Of a DNA stretch of 64,000 bases, positions 29,069 to 38,497 are shown one piece after another; within the stretch, counting starts at the first letter, position 1; each line of letters starts with the position of its first letter. Location: the NCBI GenBank assembly GCA_965197475.1, contig CBDANF010000003.1, forward strand, positions 256,001 to 320,000, written 5' to 3'. A program made the position numbers and the translations under genes. This DNA comes from Candidatus Poribacteria bacterium (lineage in GTDB: Bacteria > Poribacteria > WGA-4E > WGA-3G). Under the pieces are notes generated by a model, which was not told where the DNA came from, ran no database searches, and worked only from the letters and a program-made list of their open reading frames with translations.

Positions 29069-31810
29069 TTAATGCTGATATTCGTTGTAAAGAGGCTTTA
29101 AGAAATCAAGACCACCTTCCGCAAATTGAATACAGATCTGGTTGGCAATCTCTTTCTGTCCTGAATTATATAAAATACGGATGGTTTCTATAACTTCGTC
29201 CTGTTCCAAGAACGGGCCAAGTAAAGTGTTTTTTATCCCTTTCTTAGACAGTTCTAGATAAATAATACCAACCTCAGTTGGTGTCTCGGAGGCATGCTTT
29301 AACAACGTTTTACTGAGAATACGGATATCCCAAGTAACATGCCTTACGGACAACTTTAACCATTCGAGGGCTTCCTCATCTATGCTATCAATAAATATCA
29401 CCCATTTAGATAATACATCTAAAACTTTTGAATATTTCTTTTCATCTTTGTTTTGGGAAAGAAATTTAAACATAAAGCACCATGCGGCTCTAACCTTCTC
29501 CTTATCTTCCTCGGATAGATTATCTCTTTGATCCCAGAAAAAATTAACAATAACAGAGAGAAAGTTTGGATTGCTGCTGTTTACTACTTGATAAATTAAA
29601 CTGATTTTGTCGTCCAAATTTTCGTAATCTTCTAACCAGAAGGTACAAATGTGTGTCGCAAGTGCGGCCTCAACATCAGGATAAGCAAAATTGGTATTTA
29701 GTGCTTTTTGATAGTGTTCGCCTTTCTTAAGTATGAAGTACAGAAATTTACAGATTTTGCCAGAGGTAAGCAAGTACATTGAAAAGGTTACATACCAATG
29801 ATGCTCATTCTGCAGCGGGAATATACGATCTACATTATCTACGACCCACTTCTGATCAAGGTAAAACAAATTCGGCAAGAAGGCACCAAGCATGAAAGAA
29901 AATTCAAAAGAGGATTCTATGTTTCTATCCAATCTTTTGGTGAGATCTGCTTTGATCGCCTGAGGCCACAAAAAACCTGTTCGTTGGTTATCACTTGTAC
30001 GAGCAAAACGCAAAGTATACTCCATCATCGCCCAAAATACCATACCTTTGGAGGAATTCAAAAATGTACTCATTGGAGTTTCCTTAAGAACACATTTTGA
30101 TTTCGCCTTCTCCACAAGCATTAAAAGTACCTGTTCTGCAAGAGGTAAGAGCTGTGAATCAAAACCATGGAGATCATCATTTGTTCCGGCTGCTATCAAC
30201 TCTGCAACGTCGGCAAGAATTTGATCCTTATATTTAACGCCATCTGCCTCCTGCTCAGTCCAGAAATGTTCTAACGAGAGGATTCCATGGCAAAACCTAA
30301 GTAACGCTTTCCAATCATTTTCTTGCCTATCCTGTAATGCAGCCAACAAGTCAGATAATACTGAGTGCTGGTCAGGCGAAAAGACATCTTGGAAAACACG
30401 TAGGTAACTCGTAAACCGTTGTAAAATTACCGATACAAATTCTCTATATACATTTTCTAATCCTTGTTCAGTTAGATGTTTGTTTTTATCTACAGCTTCG
30501 CTTGTTTGTCTTAGAAATTCAAGTCTGTCCTCGCTTGACATATTAGACAATAATTCTGTAAGTGCAGGATTAGTATTTTGTTCTATGCTCTCTATCAAAC
30601 GATTTGCACCACGCCAAAATGCCGTAACATTTTTATTTTGTTTATTCCAATTTTCCCAGGCAGATGCAATGAAAGTGTCATGTTCACTTTTTCTTTTATC
30701 TTTAGGGAGAGCATCAATAATCCGAATTATTTGTTGACTTAGGGTACTACTCTCAATAATCTTTTCCCTTGTATCTTCAGCACAACCAATAATCATATCA
30801 ACAATTTCCGCAAGTGTGTCAATAGTTGCCTGACAAGGATGCTTTTTGGTACGTTCAGCAATTCTTTCTACATATTTGAGGGCATGCCACTGCAAAACCT
30901 TATTAGATTCTATAGTTTTTGCACTTGTCTTAGTCAATGAACTTGATTCAGAATCAAACCATCCTGCATCTATAAGTGGTTTCCACCAGTCAAACCAATC
31001 AAGTTCTTTTGTGGAAATTTCAAAGCGTTCTACGACTATGTTAGATTCTGGATCAAACCATCCATCCTTTTTTAATGGTTTTAGCCAGGTGGGCCAAGGA
31101 AGTTTTTCAAAGAAATATTCACGTCTTGTTTCCGATTTCAACAGATTCGGCAAAACTTTTCTTATTTCTTTGGTTGGTTCCTCGTGATCAAGGATTCGAT
31201 CCACTACTTTGATAAGGAAATTCAGATAGTTACCCACCAAATCTGCTAAAACATCCTCAAATTCATTCCACAGTGGGATAAAGGTTTCTCTGTCCCGTGG
31301 GGGTTTCCAAACTCCGCGACGATGGGCAAATTTATGAAATTTCCCAGTGACTTCCAGCCACCTCTCAGCTAGTGGGGAAGGCTCGTTAATACCCAAAGAT
31401 TGTAGAATTGAGGTTTTATGTTTCCCGATTCGGTTGTAAGTCACTGTGACGGCACCAGGTACATTGATGGCGAACTCAAACCTGTCTGTTTTTCCTTTTT
31501 CGTAGTTAAATTTGTTGCCATCAGGTGTGGTGATAACAAATTCAAGTTCTTCCTTTTTATCTGCTGACAGGACATTTCTTAAACCTCCATCAATTTCCCT
31601 AGTGATATGCGCTAAGAGGTTAGCCGCAGTTTCCAAGTCATTATTTTGTAGAATTCGGATACCGTCGAGATAAAAGGCTGCGATTTCGGGCCCGATAGCT
31701 TCCAAATTTCGATAAATTTCAGTTTGCCGCGGGGATAATTCAAGATCGCGGTTTTGAAATCTCTCAGGTGTCTGCGATAAGTCTTGTTCTTTGCCAAATC
31801 CGTTTTTCAT
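29069..31810 (-). CDS. Large alpha-helical hypothetical protein, candidate anti-phage effector
   Basis: 913-aa visibly AT-rich ORF with AGGAGG RBS; N-terminal AHxxRE and FHKFAH motifs; Trp/Phe-rich helical C-terminal region. Confidence 0.75.
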   Translation of the reverse strand: MKNGFGKEQDLSQTPERFQNRDLELSPRQTEIYRNLEAIGPEIAAFYLDGIRILQNNDLETAANLLAHITREIDGGLRNVLSADKKEELEFVITTPDGNKFNYEKGKTDRFEFAINVPGAVTVTYNRIGKHKTSILQSLGINEPSPLAERWLEVTGKFHKFAHRRGVWKPPRDRETFIPLWNEFEDVLADLVGNYLNFLIKVVDRILDHEEPTKEIRKVLPNLLKSETRREYFFEKLPWPTWLKPLKKDGWFDPESNIVVERFEISTKELDWFDWWKPLIDAGWFDSESSSLTKTSAKTIESNKVLQWHALKYVERIAERTKKHPCQATIDTLAEIVDMIIGCAEDTREKIIESSTLSQQIIRIIDALPKDKRKSEHDTFIASAWENWNKQNKNVTAFWRGANRLIESIEQNTNPALTELLSNMSSEDRLEFLRQTSEAVDKNKHLTEQGLENVYREFVSVILQRFTSYLRVFQDVFSPDQHSVLSDLLAALQDRQENDWKALLRFCHGILSLEHFWTEQEADGVKYKDQILADVAELIAAGTNDDLHGFDSQLLPLAEQVLLMLVEKAKSKCVLKETPMSTFLNSSKGMVFWAMMEYTLRFARTSDNQRTGFLWPQAIKADLTKRLDRNIESSFEFSFMLGAFLPNLFYLDQKWVVDNVDRIFPLQNEHHWYVTFSMYLLTSGKICKFLYFILKKGEHYQKALNTNFAYPDVEAALATHICTFWLEDYENLDDKISLIYQVVNSSNPNFLSVIVNFFWDQRDNLSEEDKEKVRAAWCFMFKFLSQNKDEKKYSKVLDVLSKWVIFIDSIDEEALEWLKLSVRHVTWDIRILSKTLLKHASETPTEVGIIYLELSKKGIKNTLLGPFLEQDEVIETIRILYNSGQKEIANQICIQFAEGGLDFLKPLYNEYQH

Positions 31811-31867
31811 ATTTTACACCCTCCTTTAAGTTCCGTGCTAACATTTTAACACGTCCCAAACCCAATT

Positions 31868-34816
31868 TCAATCGAATTTCTGCGCCTCCGCCTCCAAATC
31901 ACACCGCGATTTTTTACCGCCGTGAATGCTCGGCTCGGCGCAGAGCTTCTCACGGAGCCGACCCACCGCAGTATGCACATCCGCAGAGGTGATGCCCAAA
32001 ACCTCCATCAAAAACCGTCGATCCAATTCGTGACGCACCTCATCATGATCGGCTTCATTAAACGGCAACATCCGCTCGTGTTTCATCTCACTGAAAATCT
32101 GATCGGCATTCGTCAATGCATCAGCAGAAAGACACCGCACATCTAACGTAGGCAAGGTGTATAATGTCAATTGCGATAACATACCTCGCCCGGGCTGCTG
32201 TTTACTGCTATGTTTCCAATGACAAAACAGTCCCAATGTAGTGTTGCACCAGAGCGTCCATGCTATTTCATAACGTGGATTCTCAAAAGCAACATTCTTG
32301 ATTAAACTCACTCCCAACGTAGGTCTTTCTGTGAAAAGGGAAACAATAGAATTCGCATTAAAGCGTAAACCCAGATTGTAATGGGCGCGGCTATTTCGTG
32401 CAAGGAGCTGCTGCAATTTCGGTCTCCCATCAGAACGGAGGACACCGTGTGAATCAGGTTGCACAACCACCGCCCGTTGTCCAGGAGATGCCACTTTCCA
32501 GAGACATGGGTAGTCATCGGTGTCGGTACATCCAGTTCCCATGTCAAATGCACCTCTCCCATTACCGCCAAAAACATCTAAATGTGACATCCCAAGCGTT
32601 GCGATGTCCTCAACTTGGCAGATAGGGATATCTATAGGTGTTGTCTGCGTTGGTAACCACAACTCTCCACTTGCTAAACGGTATGCCGCTTGGATTAATT
32701 CCATCGCTTTTACACGGGATGCTGCCCATGCCTCGTCTATAGGTAAAGGGCAGTTGAGTAGATGACCAACAGTTTCATCACCTATCTTGAGTTCATCGCC
32801 GCCGATTGGGGTATCTTCCATTGTTCGTGTGTTATCTATTCTGAGGATGCCGTTTCCTATTGCCACACTCTCAAGTGCACTCCGTGGTTGATGTAGCAGG
32901 GAGATAAACTTCCCACGGCCTGTGTTATCTGCCTTACCTTTTGTCGCTACGACCATACACTCCGCCATTCCGGTATCAGATGAAAAGGTACAACCTGAAG
33001 CTTGGGCGTCTGCGATCGTAACCACAATCACGTCGTGATATTCAGTTGCCCACATGTCCCGAACTTTCTGCCAATGCGGCGAAGCGAGGGCTGTCGCTGG
33101 TAAAATGAATCCCATTGTTGAACTACCGTTGGATTTGAGCATTCTGTCTGCCAAATCAACGAAATAAGAGGCGAGTCCCGCTTGTCCATTGGCGACGCGA
33201 ATATCCTCTTTTCGGAGTATGCGCCGCATTGCGTTTGTATCGGCTTGGGACCGTTCGCTCCCTTCAAACACCGGTTTTGGCATGCTGCTGCCACTATCAG
33301 CGTTCGGTTTGCTGAAGGGCGGATTCTCCACCACAATATCAAACTCGCGATGCCGAAATGCTTCTTGCCGGTTGACAGTGGCATCCCCTTCACCCCCGAC
33401 TTGCCTCGCTTCACTCTCCATGAGATAGAATATCTGCGTTTGCTCAGGCTCATTGAGAAGATCCAGGGCACCGAGGGCGTAACTACCATCTGCCTGTTTT
33501 CCGTAAGGGAGTGTATGAATCCGGGTCCGCCCGATCCTCTTATCGGGGTAGGTGCTGGTGAGGAGCGAAGCGGTGAGATGGCTGGCGTTCGGCATAATAT
33601 CACATCCACCGATATTGTGTTCCATCATGCTGCTGTGAATTTCTGCCCCGATGCCGCCTGCTTGTTCGTGCATGTTGAGAATGCGCTGGTATATACCGTT
33701 GAGGAGGGCTCCAGTACCGCATGCAAAATCCGCCACCTTCAACGTATGGACCGCGGGTGTATCGTTTGCGTGAGCCTGAGGGACCATGGGAAGTACCAAT
33801 GTGGATAAAAGTGCTACGGCCTCAGGGCGGGTATAGTTTGCCTTAATATATTTTCGATCGATAATGAGGCGTTGGAAGACGATGCCTGCTAATTCGTGGA
33901 CTTGGGTAATGCCTCCACTGACTAATTCGTGTGCTGCACGACAGAGGATAGACAGGACTCTGTTGACCAATTTGTCATCGGTTGCGATCACGTGTACAAG
34001 CTGGCGCGCAACATCAAAGATGTGCCGATAGTTGATCTCGTGAATAATATTCCAATCTTTCAGGACATCACTATAATTAACAGGTGTTGTATCTGTGGTG
34101 AGCTGCGCAAGAGAGGATACTTGTTCCATTTCAGGCTTGCCCGCGAGAGAGCTCTGGAAAACGAAAGCGTTGGTAATAATCAGCATCGCCATCCGGGTAG
34201 TTTGCTCACCGTGTTGCTGGTGGAGGATGTTACCGATCGCCGCGCCGATGCTAGGGCGCGTTTCAATTGCGGCTTCCAACAGAAGCGCAGCTTGGTTGAT
34301 TCGATGTTCTAGCAATGCTGCAGATTCCTGAATCCTTGAATTCGGCGTTGCCCCAAGTTGGAGTGCCATGGCTACATCGCCGATTGTGCCTCCCGCCCAT
34401 CCTTCATGCGGGAACCTGTTGGTTTCCGATCCATCCCTACTAAGTAGAACATAGTGAATATCATCCGCCTGTCGGAGTTCCTGTTCAAGGTCCCGACGTT
34501 CGACTTGTAGGAAGCGCGCGGGAATGCGGAGTGCCATAGCAGTGGTAAGCGTCTCTGCCATCATATTCGGTGCGGGTAAGAGTTCCTCACCGAGGTGTTG
34601 AAATGCTTGCGGTTCACCACGTATATTCGGGCTTTTGCCATCAAGTTTGACTTCAATAGCGACAGGTTCACGCCCGAGTTCAGTTACAAAGACATCGGGA
34701 CATTTCTGATTGTTTTTGAAAGGCCGTGCTTGCTCTGCAAGGGTCCAAGTACTCCGCATCCTATTGAAGATATCTACCAGCTTTGTTGTAATTGTGTTTT
34801 CGTGTTGTCTTGACAT
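31868..34816 (-). CDS. Type IIG-like fused restriction endonuclease / N6-adenine DNA methyltransferase
   Basis: N-terminal PD...ExK (CPDVFV...AIEVK); MTase motif I DFACGTG; motif IV NPPF; long C-terminal putative target-recognition region. Confidence 0.8.
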   Translation of the reverse strand: MSRQHENTITTKLVDIFNRMRSTWTLAEQARPFKNNQKCPDVFVTELGREPVAIEVKLDGKSPNIRGEPQAFQHLGEELLPAPNMMAETLTTAMALRIPARFLQVERRDLEQELRQADDIHYVLLSRDGSETNRFPHEGWAGGTIGDVAMALQLGATPNSRIQESAALLEHRINQAALLLEAAIETRPSIGAAIGNILHQQHGEQTTRMAMLIITNAFVFQSSLAGKPEMEQVSSLAQLTTDTTPVNYSDVLKDWNIIHEINYRHIFDVARQLVHVIATDDKLVNRVLSILCRAAHELVSGGITQVHELAGIVFQRLIIDRKYIKANYTRPEAVALLSTLVLPMVPQAHANDTPAVHTLKVADFACGTGALLNGIYQRILNMHEQAGGIGAEIHSSMMEHNIGGCDIMPNASHLTASLLTSTYPDKRIGRTRIHTLPYGKQADGSYALGALDLLNEPEQTQIFYLMESEARQVGGEGDATVNRQEAFRHREFDIVVENPPFSKPNADSGSSMPKPVFEGSERSQADTNAMRRILRKEDIRVANGQAGLASYFVDLADRMLKSNGSSTMGFILPATALASPHWQKVRDMWATEYHDVIVVTIADAQASGCTFSSDTGMAECMVVATKGKADNTGRGKFISLLHQPRSALESVAIGNGILRIDNTRTMEDTPIGGDELKIGDETVGHLLNCPLPIDEAWAASRVKAMELIQAAYRLASGELWLPTQTTPIDIPICQVEDIATLGMSHLDVFGGNGRGAFDMGTGCTDTDDYPCLWKVASPGQRAVVVQPDSHGVLRSDGRPKLQQLLARNSRAHYNLGLRFNANSIVSLFTERPTLGVSLIKNVAFENPRYEIAWTLWCNTTLGLFCHWKHSSKQQPGRGMLSQLTLYTLPTLDVRCLSADALTNADQIFSEMKHERMLPFNEADHDEVRHELDRRFLMEVLGITSADVHTAVGRLREKLCAEPSIHGGKKSRCDLEAEAQKFD

Positions 34817-34821
34817 GTTAC

Positions 34822-37800
34822 CTATTCCACTTTCGGCAAGGTTGGCAGTGTTAAGCTTGGTCGGTTGCCGAAATCAGGGAGTTCGGGTGGATTATCTTCC
34901 ATCTCTTGGAGGAGAATCTCTATTGCCTTATCAAGTTGTGGGTCACCTTCTGCGATGTAATCCTGCGGACGATAATCTACTTCAATGTCCGGATCGGTGC
35001 CGTAGTTCTCAACGCTCCAACCAACATCAACGAACCAGAAAGAATACTCAGGTTGCGTAGTTGAACCGCCATCTACAAACCCTTGATGCGGTGAGATACC
35101 AATAACGCCACCCCATGTTCGCTTACCGATGAGTTTTCCTAACTTCATCAATTTGAAGCAGTGAGAAAAGATGTCGCCATCAGACCCTGCATTTTCATTA
35201 GTGACAGTCACCATCGGACCTAACACGGAAGCGGCGGGGTAAGGGTTCGGTGTGCCCCATCGTGGAACAGCATATCCAATGCGGTGACGAGACAACTTTT
35301 CTAAAATCAGTTGTGAAACATTTCCACCTCCGTTATAACGGACATCAATAAGCAGCCCCGGATAGCTAACTTCAGCGAGGTAACCACGATGAAACTCTGC
35401 ATATCCACGTCTTCCCATGTCGGGAATGTGAACGTACCCGACTTTGCCATCCGTTTTTTCGTGGACGTATTTCCGATTTTGTGCAACCCATTCGCGGTAT
35501 CGCAATTCGCCTTCACCGCCGAGTACCTTGATTGTGACAACGCGTTTTTCACCATCGTTGGCGTTTTTAAACGTGGTTTGAACCTCTTGTCCCGCCAGGT
35601 TGACTAATAGTTCGCCTGGAGAAACATTTTGGCTCACCTGTTGCCCGCCGATAGAAAGGAGAACGTCTCCTTCTTGGACGTTGACCCCAGGTGCGTTAAG
35701 CGGTGAATCCCTTCTCTCGCTCCATGTATCGCCACGCACGATGTGCGTGATACGGTAGCCGTTGTTTTCTGAATCGTAAACAAAATCAGCACCAAGGAAT
35801 CCCTGTGAGTAGTTTGGTGAGCTGCGATAATCGCCACCGGATTCATACGCGTGTGAGGTGCCAAGTTCTCCTTGCATCTCCCACATCAGATCAGAAAATT
35901 CGGCACGGGTTGCAACCCGATCAAGTAAAGGGAGGTAACGTTGGTATACATTTTCCCAATCAACATTGGACATATCCTCAGTCCAAAAATAATCGCGCTG
36001 TAGTCGCCATGCTTCGCGATACATCTGTGTCCATTCAGATGAAGGGATAACAGAGGGTTTGATACGGTTAACATCTATCCAACCACTGTGTCGGTTAGTG
36101 CCGCCTTTGTTTTCAGATTTTGAGTCATCCTCGGCTTTTCTCCCAGCTTTGATCACACGTAACCGATCACCGGTGCGATACACAAGGTTCTTGTTGTCTC
36201 GCGAAAGTTGGAAAGAGTCGATATCTGAAGCGAGAACTTCCTTCTTCTGTTCTTTGAAATCGTAAGCGTGGAGTTTCCCTTTAGCACTTGAACCTTCTTC
36301 ACCGGGTGAGTTTTGTGCATGCTGAACAGGAAAAGATGTGAAAATCGCTTTACCCTCAACACCAGCGATCTGTCTGTAACGTCCATGTGAATATGGAAAA
36401 GCGATAACGCGTTGTTCAATACCGTCTAACGCAATGGCAATCGGTTTTTTCTTTTTCTCATCTTTTTTCTCTTTAGAATCATCCTCTTTTTCGCTAACCT
36501 TTTCTTCGGTATCCTTGTCATCTTTTTCCTTCTTTTCCTTATCCTTTTCATCATCAGGAGGTGGAGTAGCAGGTAAAAAAGGATTCCGTAATTCTTTCTG
36601 CAGTGCTACCAGCAGTGGACGCGTAGCTGTAGGAAATCCGAGATCAAAGTGAAGTGCGTCACTGACCGGATCAAATTCGCGATGTGAGAGAAAATACAAG
36701 TATTTTCCGTCCGGATCCCATGCAGGTGCGAAATCCCTGAATTCAGGTTGGGTAACATACCACGTTTCTCCAGTTTCGACTTTGCAGAGTTTAATTGAAG
36801 ATGTGGTCTCTGTGGAAGGAAAACTATAGGCGATCCATTTACCATCGGGCGACCAACTTGTGCCTTGGATGCGATTGTATAGGCTTTTGTCAAGCACTCG
36901 AAATTCTGGTGTTTCGAGTTCAATATGCAAAAGTTCAAAACGGTGATTAACGATGAGGAGTTGGTCTTTCAGTTTATCGCCAGGGGGACAGACTGCGAGT
37001 TGTCGAACGTGTCCAATGTCAAGATCGTCAAGACGGCGCACCTCTTCACTACCGTCGCAGGTATGAATTTCAAGTGCTTCTTCTCCATCAGCATCGGAAA
37101 GCGTCAGGACGCGTTTCCCATCGTTAAGCCATCGTGTCATTCGGTAGCGGGTGCCGTTACGCATACCTTGCTGGAGAACAGCACCGTCCCAATTTGCCAT
37201 CGTGAATAGTTTGCCACGGGCAGTTAAAGCAATAGATCGACCATCAGCGGATGGTGCATATTCTTGCAGATACCTTGATGCATTAACGAATTTGCGTTGT
37301 CTCTGGATGCGCGGACTGAGGAATCCAACATCAACTTGGTAATTGGTATCACTTTCAATTTCGTACATCCATAGGTCTGCGCCTGCATGATAAACGATGC
37401 GGGTGTCGTCTGTTTGCGCGGAGCGACAGTAGTAGGTTTCTTGATGTGTGTGACGTTGGATGTCCTCACCAGAAGTAAGGCAGGAGTAAATGTTTCCAAT
37501 ACCTTCGTGGTCGGAGATAAAGTAGATACGATCACCAATCCACATCGGTGTGGTAAAATTACTATCAACCGGCGCAAAAGGTTGAAATTGTCCGTCTCCA
37601 TTTACATCTATCCAGAGTTGACCGGCTGTTCCACCACGATAGCGTTTCCATCTTGCGGGATCTCGTGTTAACCTGCCGAGTATAACGCCGCCATCATTTC
37701 CGAATGCGATATGGTTAGCGGGTCCGTAGGAGAGACGTTGTGGTTCACCTCCATCAGCGGAGATGCTCCATATCCATGCGCCAAACGCTGATCCTGCCCC

Positions 37801-38109
37801 ACTAGTATAAAGTATGTTTTCTCCATCAGAATCCCAACCGACAATACTGGCATTACTTCCCTGATAGGTAAGTCGTTTTGCTTCGCCGCCGAGTGCGGGC
37901 ATGACGTAAACTTCTGACGGACCTTCCTCTCGACCTGCAAATGCAAGATGTTCGCCATTTGCGGATAACTGGGGGGAGCCTGTTGCACCAAGATTTGATG
38001 TGAGCCTTCGGGCAACACCGCCACTGATTGGGACCGTCCACAAATCATCTTCACAAACAAAAACAATGGTTTCCTGAGAAATTGTTGGGAATCGATAATA
38101 TCCTGACAT
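34822..38109 (-). CDS. Tricorn protease (S41 family)
   Basis: WKRYRGGTAG, propeller repeats, GELGTSH, PDZ region, IDVRYNGGG, AGSDGD, GKRTWGG; no signal peptide seen. Confidence 0.95.
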   Translation of the reverse strand: MSGYYRFPTISQETIVFVCEDDLWTVPISGGVARRLTSNLGATGSPQLSANGEHLAFAGREEGPSEVYVMPALGGEAKRLTYQGSNASIVGWDSDGENILYTSGAGSAFGAWIWSISADGGEPQRLSYGPANHIAFGNDGGVILGRLTRDPARWKRYRGGTAGQLWIDVNGDGQFQPFAPVDSNFTTPMWIGDRIYFISDHEGIGNIYSCLTSGEDIQRHTHQETYYCRSAQTDDTRIVYHAGADLWMYEIESDTNYQVDVGFLSPRIQRQRKFVNASRYLQEYAPSADGRSIALTARGKLFTMANWDGAVLQQGMRNGTRYRMTRWLNDGKRVLTLSDADGEEALEIHTCDGSEEVRRLDDLDIGHVRQLAVCPPGDKLKDQLLIVNHRFELLHIELETPEFRVLDKSLYNRIQGTSWSPDGKWIAYSFPSTETTSSIKLCKVETGETWYVTQPEFRDFAPAWDPDGKYLYFLSHREFDPVSDALHFDLGFPTATRPLLVALQKELRNPFLPATPPPDDEKDKEKKEKDDKDTEEKVSEKEDDSKEKKDEKKKKPIAIALDGIEQRVIAFPYSHGRYRQIAGVEGKAIFTSFPVQHAQNSPGEEGSSAKGKLHAYDFKEQKKEVLASDIDSFQLSRDNKNLVYRTGDRLRVIKAGRKAEDDSKSENKGGTNRHSGWIDVNRIKPSVIPSSEWTQMYREAWRLQRDYFWTEDMSNVDWENVYQRYLPLLDRVATRAEFSDLMWEMQGELGTSHAYESGGDYRSSPNYSQGFLGADFVYDSENNGYRITHIVRGDTWSERRDSPLNAPGVNVQEGDVLLSIGGQQVSQNVSPGELLVNLAGQEVQTTFKNANDGEKRVVTIKVLGGEGELRYREWVAQNRKYVHEKTDGKVGYVHIPDMGRRGYAEFHRGYLAEVSYPGLLIDVRYNGGGNVSQLILEKLSRHRIGYAVPRWGTPNPYPAASVLGPMVTVTNENAGSDGDIFSHCFKLMKLGKLIGKRTWGGVIGISPHQGFVDGGSTTQPEYSFWFVDVGWSVENYGTDPDIEVDYRPQDYIAEGDPQLDKAIEILLQEMEDNPPELPDFGNRPSLTLPTLPKVE

Positions 38110-38497
38110 TTACACCTCCACAGATGAAGTTAGAATTAATTGAGGATGTTCATAATTATTTGGCGTAGCAACATAGGCAGTAGCACACTTCAGGCACCTG
38201 TTCATTATAGGAAGGTTCCCGTTGGTAGTCGCGCAATTCATCGCTAAATCAACGCTAAGTGCGCGTATAGTATTTGTCGCCTCTTTGAATGGGTTACGGA
38301 GAACCCGCGGAGCGTACCTACTACTTTTAAGCGCACATTCACATCGAATTATCCATGCGCCCTCAATAATTGAGTAGAACAAGGTTAAAAAAGTAAAAGG
38401 CGAGGCACCAAATTAACGCTGAATGCAGGTAGCATTCGGTGAATACCTCGCCCTATAGTTATCTGAGCATGGCGCGGAATAGAAGGAGGAAGAAGAA

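Noticed and set aside
38110-38382. 90-aa ORF upstream of tricorn
   Set aside because: No recognisable motif, and it overlaps degenerate REP-like fragments; probably non-coding
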